From assembly GCA_963662665.2 (NCBI GenBank), contig CAXXJS010000002.1:1-12099 (forward strand): 12,099 nt of DNA, given 5' to 3'. The notes beneath the pieces were generated by a model, which was not told the origin of the DNA, did not search any database, and saw nothing but the letters and a program-made list of their open reading frames with translations. Positions 7,924 through 12,099 of the stretch are shown piece by piece; position 1 is the stretch's first letter; each line of letters opens with the position of its first letter. Made by a program: the position numbers and the translations under genes. This stretch comes from Candidatus Latescibacterota bacterium (GTDB lineage: Bacteria > Latescibacterota > UBA2968 > GCA-2709665).

Positions 7924-8584
7924 CCCGTCCTCCAGTTTCGCAAATCGCGTTCAGCGCGCACTGATCGCATATGGGTTTTGGCAGGCAGACGCGCTTGCCG
8001 AGGGCCACGATCAGGGCATGAAACTCGTTGTAGACACGCGTGTCCGCCGGTAACGCGGCTTCGAACCGGCGCTGTACCTCCTGGTAAACGAGCGCCCTGT
8101 CGATCATTCCCAGCCGCCCGAACACACGCCGCGTATATGCATCAATAACAAAACTCGGCTTATCGAGCGCATAGAGAAGAATGCAGTCCGCGGTTTCAGG
8201 CCCGATTCCGTGTACCTCCACCAGTTCCTCGCGCAGCCGCCCCGTGGGCGCAGCCTTCATCCGGGCAACGTCCGCGCCGTAACATCCTACGAAGAATGCC
8301 AGGAACGCCTTGAGCCGCCTGGTTTTTACGCGGAAGGTCCCGGCGGAGCGGATGAGTGTTTCCATTTCGCCGTCGGGCATGTGCAGCATGGTCCGGGCAT
8401 CGAGCAACCCGGCCGCCTTTAGCCCGCCCAACACCCGCTCCACGTTCGCCCAGGCCGTATTCTGGGTGAGTATAGCCCCGACCATCGTTTCGAACGGGGT
8501 TTCCGCGGGCCACCAGCCCTGTGGTCCGAACGCATCCAGCAACCGGCTGAAGACCGCACTAATCCTGTTCTGTCCGGAGGGCAT
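7910..8584 (-). CDS. Endonuclease III-related HhH-GPD DNA glycosylase with C-terminal 4Fe-4S motif
   Basis: WWPAETPFETMVGAILTQNTAWANV, HhH VHGIGPETADCILLYA, FVIDAYTRR, CLPKPICDQCALNAIC. Start placed at ATG 8584 because the TTG at 8623 coincides with a candidate -35 box. Confidence 0.9.
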   Translation of the reverse strand: MPSGQNRISAVFSRLLDAFGPQGWWPAETPFETMVGAILTQNTAWANVERVLGGLKAAGLLDARTMLHMPDGEMETLIRSAGTFRVKTRRLKAFLAFFVGCYGADVARMKAAPTGRLREELVEVHGIGPETADCILLYALDKPSFVIDAYTRRVFGRLGMIDRALVYQEVQRRFEAALPADTRVYNEFHALIVALGKRVCLPKPICDQCALNAICETGGRDGQV

Positions 8585-8594
8585 AACGGGCCGA

Positions 8595-8623
8595 AATCTA
8601 ACGAATCGACGGGTGATGAGCAA
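8595..8623 (-). promoter_or_regulatory. Candidate sigma70-type promoter of the glycosylase-isomerase-dusB-larB operon
   Basis: TTGCTC (8623-8618), 17 bp, TAGATT (8600-8595), 10 nt before ATG 8584. Confidence 0.45.
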
Positions 8624-8695
8624 CCCTATTCATTTCCCGGGGACGTATTTGCGTTGGGATTCAGTGGGTTCCGAAGCCCGCCCGCCAGGGCTGTA

Positions 8696-8737
8696 AAACA
8701 ACAGAAAAGCGCCCGGACCGTGGTCGTCCGGGCGCTT
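8696..8737 (-). terminator. Rho-independent terminator downstream of the small ORF
   Basis: Perfect 12-bp inverted repeat AAGCGCCCGGAC (8707-8718) / GTCCGGGCGCTT (8726-8737), running into a U-rich TTTTCTGTTGTTTT on the minus strand. Confidence 0.8.
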
Positions 8738-8740
8738 ATT

Positions 8741-8768
8741 CAGTAGACAGTTCGCAGTGGTCAGTTCG
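8741..8768 (+). repeat. Tandem heptamer array CAGTnnn x4
   Basis: CAGTAGA CAGTTCG CAGTGGT CAGTTCG. Confidence 0.55.
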
Positions 8769-8889
8769 GGTGGGTGTAGAGTTTCTTCCAAAGCTGAATG
8801 ACCCTCAACTGGTGCCGAACCCAGCAGTAACGTTTCAGGATTTCGATGATCTTCAGACGTAAGGCAAATTCACGCAGATCCGCGGACAT
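8761..8889 (-). CDS. Small basic protein of unknown function, 42 aa (MSADLREFALRLKIIEILKRYCWVRHQLRVIQLWKKLYTHPN)
   Basis: Strong SD AAGGAAGGAGG a few nt before ATG 8889, upstream TTGACA-17bp-TATATA, terminator 23 nt after the stop. No family recognised. Confidence 0.65.
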   Translation of the reverse strand: MSADLREFALRLKIIEILKRYCWVRHQLRVIQLWKKLYTHPN

Positions 8890-8924
8890 GCCGCCCTCCT
8901 TCCTTTTGCAGGTCTCATGCTTCA

Positions 8925-8953
8925 TATATACGGATGCGGCGTTCAAATGTCAA
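8925..8953 (-). promoter_or_regulatory. Candidate sigma70 promoter for the small ORF
   Basis: Perfect TTGACA (8953-8948), 17-bp spacer, TATATA (8930-8925; lacks the -7 T). Confidence 0.6.
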
Positions 8954-8978
8954 GCGGTCCGGCACCGGGGCTTTCCGC

Positions 8979-9007
8979 TTTACACGGTTTCCGTGACGGC
9001 CTATATT
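8979..9007 (+). promoter_or_regulatory. Candidate sigma70 promoter for the aldolase gene
   Basis: TTTACA (8979-8984), 17-bp spacer, TATATT (9002-9007). Confidence 0.6.
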
Positions 9008-9055
9008 GAACGAATCAGCCGTTCTATTGATCCGACCCCTGTCGCGGAGATGTCC

Positions 9056-9817
9056 ATGTCTGAAATCAGCCTGAAAGCCAAACTGCAAGCCGGCGAGGTT
9101 GTCCTGGGTCCCTTTGTCAACCTCGCTTCCGGCGCACTCATCGAAATCGCCGCGTACGCCGGATTCGACTTCGTCATTCTGGATACCGAACACGGTCCGC
9201 TGGACATCGAAACCACCGAGAACCTCTGCCGCGTGGCGAAAGGCGCGGGTATTTCCCCCATCGTGCGCGTCCGGGACAACGACCCGCCCCAGGTGCTCAG
9301 AGCGCTGGACATAGGCCCGGAGGGCGTCCAGGTACCCCAGATACGCACCCGATCAGACGCCGAGTCCCTCGTCCAGGCGGCAAAGTACGCCCCAATCGGG
9401 ATGCGGGGCGTCTCTCCCTACACCCGCGCGGCCAGGTACTTTTCGGAAGGCGGCCAGATCTTCGAGCGCCTGAACAGGGAATCCATGGTTCTCATTCACG
9501 TGGAGGGCGTAGATGGTCTCGAGAATCTCGATGCCATCATCGCTGTGCCCGGCCTGGACGTCGTTTTCCTCGGTCCGTACGACCTCTCACAGTCGCTGGG
9601 CATCCCGGGCCAGGTGCACGATCCCAGGGTGGTGGACCGGATGCGGGAGGCCACCGTTGAGATCAACAATGCCGGCCTCACCGTGGGCACCTTTGCGGAC
9701 AGCCCCGACGCCGCGAAACGCTGGATCGACGCCGGCGTACGTTACATCGCACTGTCGGTGGACACGGGCATCTACCTTCACGGCTGCCGCGATATGGTCA
9801 AAGCCATGAGGGGGTGA
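9056..9817 (+). CDS. HpcH/HpaI-family class II aldolase
   Basis: GFDFVILDTEHG, IVRV, LDIGPEGVQVP, YAPIGMRG, HVE (QIE position), FLGPYDLSQSLG. GGAG SD 6 nt before ATG 9056 (ATG 9050 is an alternative). Confidence 0.92.
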   Translation: MSEISLKAKLQAGEVVLGPFVNLASGALIEIAAYAGFDFVILDTEHGPLDIETTENLCRVAKGAGISPIVRVRDNDPPQVLRALDIGPEGVQVPQIRTRSDAESLVQAAKYAPIGMRGVSPYTRAARYFSEGGQIFERLNRESMVLIHVEGVDGLENLDAIIAVPGLDVVFLGPYDLSQSLGIPGQVHDPRVVDRMREATVEINNAGLTVGTFADSPDAAKRWIDAGVRYIALSVDTGIYLHGCRDMVKAMRG

Positions 9818-9879
9818 GAGGCGGTCCGAAAAAAGGCAGACGGCGCCGGCTCACAAAGAACGCGAAAGAGATTCGACAG

Positions 9880-9922
9880 AAGCAAAAGGGGCGACTCCCA
9901 CTGGAGTCGCCCCTTTTGCTTT
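9880..9922. terminator. Strong, probably bidirectional intrinsic terminator
   Basis: Perfect 19-bp inverted repeat AAGCAAAAGGGGCGACTCC / GGAGTCGCCCCTTTTGCTT with a 4-nt loop, T tracts on both strands, between the convergent aldolase and brnA genes. Confidence 0.85.
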
Positions 9923-9983
9923 CAATCCACACGATCCAAATGAATCATCGGCAATCACAGCACACGTCGGATACCACCGTCAT

Positions 9984-10091
9984 GTAGGGGCCTGCCCGTC
10001 CCGTGGTAGACCTCGTGCCGCATGTGTTTTGGGATGGACCCCCTGGCGGTTCGGCTCGTGCGAGTAAACCGGTCTTTCATGGACCGGCTAC
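9984..10091. repeat. Pair of inward-facing GTAG-type REP-like hairpins
   Basis: Plus: GTAGGGGCCTGCCCGTCCCGTGGTAGACCT (degenerate stem, from 9984). Minus: GTAG-CCGGTC-CATGAAA-GACCGG (10091-10069). Confidence 0.45.
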
Positions 10092-10115
10092 CGCAATGCC
10101 TTGCAGTAGGATCTG

Positions 10116-10373
10116 TCAAGCCACGTCGTGCCGTTTGATCCAGTCGCGCAGGGCGTTGTCGATCCGTGTCTGCCAGCCGCGCCCTCCGGCGCGAAAATGA
10201 TCGACGACCTCCTGGGACAACCGGATGGTGGTCGATACTTTTGGTCGCGCCTTAGGGGGACGGCCCCGACGTACGGGCGCCCTGGCGAATTTCTCCGGCC
10301 AGCCGTCCTTCGAGAGATCGGGTGCGGTGTCGGGGTCAAAACCTCGGGCCGTAGAGCCGTCGTTCTCGTTCAT
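10116..10373 (-). CDS. brnA: BrnA antitoxin family protein
   Basis: DTAPDL...RGRPPKARPKVSTTIRLSQEVVDHFRAGGRGWQTRIDNALR is the typical BrnA C-terminal RHH signature. GAGGAGG SD inside brnT; 38-bp overlap. Confidence 0.92.
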   Translation of the reverse strand: MNENDGSTARGFDPDTAPDLSKDGWPEKFARAPVRRGRPPKARPKVSTTIRLSQEVVDHFRAGGRGWQTRIDNALRDWIKRHDVA

Positions 10374-10605
10374 TTGCCCTCCTCATGCTAATGATCCTGT
10401 GGGCGTCGCCGCGACACGTCCAGACGAGCACCACCATCGCATCATTCAGAAAACCGATGGTGATGTGGCGAACCTCACCGTAGTCCTGCCGATCATCCTC
10501 GACGGTCAGCGTCGTGCTGGCGAATACGTCCGCCGCCCGGGCCATGTCCAGCCCTCGGACCTGGATCGTCTCCGCGCGCTTCGCCTCGTCGAACTCGATC
10601 CGCAT
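10336..10605 (-). CDS. brnT: BrnT family ribonuclease toxin
   Basis: MRIEFDEAK...RGLD...DDRQDYGEVRHITIGFL...VLVWT.RG...RIISMRRANERE. Confidence 0.93.
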   Translation of the reverse strand: MRIEFDEAKRAETIQVRGLDMARAADVFASTTLTVEDDRQDYGEVRHITIGFLNDAMVVLVWTCRGDAHRIISMRRANERERRLYGPRF

Positions 10606-10610
10606 GATTA

Positions 10611-10638
10611 ATGTTACTACAGAAATTCAGGATGTCAA
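10611..10638 (-). promoter_or_regulatory. brnTA promoter with overlapping imperfect palindrome (candidate operator)
   Basis: TTGACA (10638-10633), 16 bp, TAACAT (10616-10611), 5 nt before ATG. TGTAGTAACA (10621-10612) overlaps the -10 box. Confidence 0.6.
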
Positions 10639-10979
10639 GGACAATTCCGGGGCACCGAGTATTTCGAGACCGAAGACCGGGGCGTCCGGGTGGACGGTGA
10701 GTATGGACATACCCCCGGGCCGGGAGATGAAATTGCCCAGGCCGTGGACCGTCTGCGCCCTGGATACGGCGGCCCGGTCAATCATTCATTTCCTCATGGC
10801 TTCGATCCTTCCAGAAGGCGCCACATAACCTCTCAGATGGCAGCAGGCGCATGGACCGGCGCCACATTGTGGCAGATCGCTTAGCCTATCCCTGGACGGG
10901 GTCGGAAAGGCCGGCCTGCACGTAGTCCTGATTTTTTCGCGCCAACGCCATCTACTGTCCCGAATCCGATCCCCGCACT

Positions 10980-11005
10980 GTAGGGGCAACCCTTGTGGTT
11001 GCCCT
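10980..11005 (+). repeat. GTAG-family REP-like element
   Basis: GTAG followed by the 8-bp stem GGGCAACC-CTTGT-GGTTGCCC. Confidence 0.7.
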
Positions 11006-11103
11006 GGTTTGCGCAACAGCCCTCAACCGCAATTCCTGTCCGCCGTCAGACGATTCGTCCGAATATAGGCAAAAAAGCGAAGCAGTCGTACGCTCGGTAT
11101 CTC

Positions 11104-11298
11104 CTACGATTTCCCGGAAGGACCGCTCTTGGTAAGTTGTGCGGCAACTTTCTCGATCAGATTTCGTTCCTGTTGGAGTCGCTCAACGCAGGCGTCCAGA
11201 TCCACCATCCCCTTGGCGTCAACTGCCAACCACGCGCCGCTGCTCGCCAAATGTGACGACTGCGACAGACGTAGCCTCTCCGACCCCTTATTTTCCAC
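11104..11298 (-). CDS. Hypothetical 64-aa protein or gene remnant
   Basis: Co-oriented with neighbours, protein-like helical C-terminus (LDACVERLQQERNLIEKVAAQL); GTG start without a clear SD. Confidence 0.3.
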   Translation of the reverse strand: MENKGSERLRLSQSSHLASSGAWLAVDAKGMVDLDACVERLQQERNLIEKVAAQLTKSGPSGKS

Positions 11299-11367
11299 AT
11301 CATGGTTACATTTCGTCTAGAGGCCCCGCATCGACGCGAGATACAACCCCGAATTCTTATACTTCCG

Positions 11368-12099
11368 TCAGGAAATTCCGTCCAGCCTAAACAGCAGTTC
11401 TGGTGCGTTCTTTAACACGAACTTCGCAACATCATCGGCAGCCAGTAAATCTATTGGTCGATCTATGGCCTCGGATGTTTCACGAATCTTGTTTTCCAAT
11501 TTTTCGGTCTTCTGCGCTGTTGTTATAATCATTCCGGCAGTACCATTGAATTTCTCAATTCCCGCTTTTACCTGATCAACAGCGCCGACGTCGTTGTGGC
11601 TGCCCGAGAAGGACTTGATCTGAACGATGATCTTGTTTTCAATCTCCAAGTGTCCCAAGGGCGAGCGCATTGTAACAATAAGGTCGGCACCATGATCGCT
11701 TCTCCAACCAGAACCGTTTTCGTCGACATTTACCACGCCAGGTATTTTTCGGAAGACCCTTGCAAGAAATGGTTCAAGTCGCTTTCCTTTGTGGTTTTCG
11801 TGGATTAGTCTTGCAATCTCAGAAAGATATGGGTTCGTCCCAATCTTCAGGTGGTTTTCTTCCCAGCTTTCTCCAGGTTTGAGGTTGATCACGTTTTGTT
11901 TCAAATTATCAATTGACTTTAAAAAGTCCTCAGATTTGTAGACTCTTTGATACCTATATCTGGGATTTAAATTGACTGTTGGTAGAACATTTGGATCCCC
12001 CCGGTCAAATTCAACGATCGTTTCAACGTCGATTTCGAAACAATGTCTAAAGTCCTTCCCCCATGGGACATCCAACCCTTCGTCGAAACCGTAATCCGA
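11368..12099 (-). CDS. Mrr-like (PD-(D/E)xK) restriction endonuclease domain protein (5'-partial)
   Basis: Frame is open to the window end (SDYGFDEGLDVPW...). C-terminal LE..LA.VF, DHGADL...IIVQIKS, AVDQV, GMIITT match the Mrr_cat D-(Q)xK pattern. AT-rich. Confidence 0.8.
   Translation of the reverse strand, partial: SDYGFDEGLDVPWGKDFRHCFEIDVETIVEFDRGDPNVLPTVNLNPRYRYQRVYKSEDFLKSIDNLKQNVINLKPGESWEENHLKIGTNPYLSEIARLIHENHKGKRLEPFLARVFRKIPGVVNVDENGSGWRSDHGADLIVTMRSPLGHLEIENKIIVQIKSFSGSHNDVGAVDQVKAGIEKFNGTAGMIITTAQKTEKLENKIRETSEAIDRPIDLLAADDVAKFVLKNAPELLFRLDGIS

Noticed and set aside
8761-8889. Small peptide as RiPP precursor for the rSAM-SPASM enzyme
   Set aside because: About 8 kb away on the opposite strand with unrelated genes between; no leader/core architecture or adjacent maturase.
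8696-8889. Leader-peptide attenuator for the downstream operon
   Set aside because: No run of regulatory codons, no evident antiterminator, and the operon has its own candidate promoter. Not fully excluded.
8890-8946. 61-aa version of the small ORF
   Set aside because: Its TTG start lies within the promoter spacer; the strong SD points to ATG 8889.
8846-9055. 70-aa N-terminal extension of the aldolase in the ORF track
   Set aside because: Overlaps the divergent promoters and the small ORF; family similarity and the SD begin at 9050-9056.
10817-10873. 10-bp direct repeat GGCGCCACAT (10817, 10858) and GCCACA-T-TGTGGC palindrome
   Set aside because: Short and with no supporting context; could be chance.
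10000-11367. Integron gene cassettes (attC sites) around brnTA and the nuclease
   Set aside because: No RYYYAAC...GTTRRRY core-site pairs found after the stop codons.

Overview
GC-rich bacterial chromosomal window, mostly metabolic and housekeeping genes, ending in an accessory/defence-like segment. Plus strand: 5'-truncated radical SAM protein with a SPASM/twitch C-terminus, membrane GT2 glycosyltransferase, a ~500 bp repeat-rich spacer (REP-like inverted pair plus heptamer repeats), DmpA/P1-family peptidase with a putative signal peptide, and a sodium:solute symporter. Minus strand: a four-gene operon with overlapping stop/start codons (endonuclease III-related HhH-GPD glycosylase, IolI-like sugar isomerase, dusB, larB). 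Upstream of it is a 42-codon ORF (8761-8889) with its own sigma70-like promoter, strong RBS and terminator, divergent from an HpcH/HpaI aldolase gene. This small gene is the best novelty candidate. After a 19-bp perfect hairpin come GTAG-type REP-like elements, a brnT-brnA toxin-antitoxin pair (apparently leaderless), two weak short ORFs and an AT-rich, 5'-truncated Mrr-like restriction endonuclease. No rRNA, tRNA, CRISPR array or transposase was recognised. All calls are from motif reading by eye; no database searches were run.
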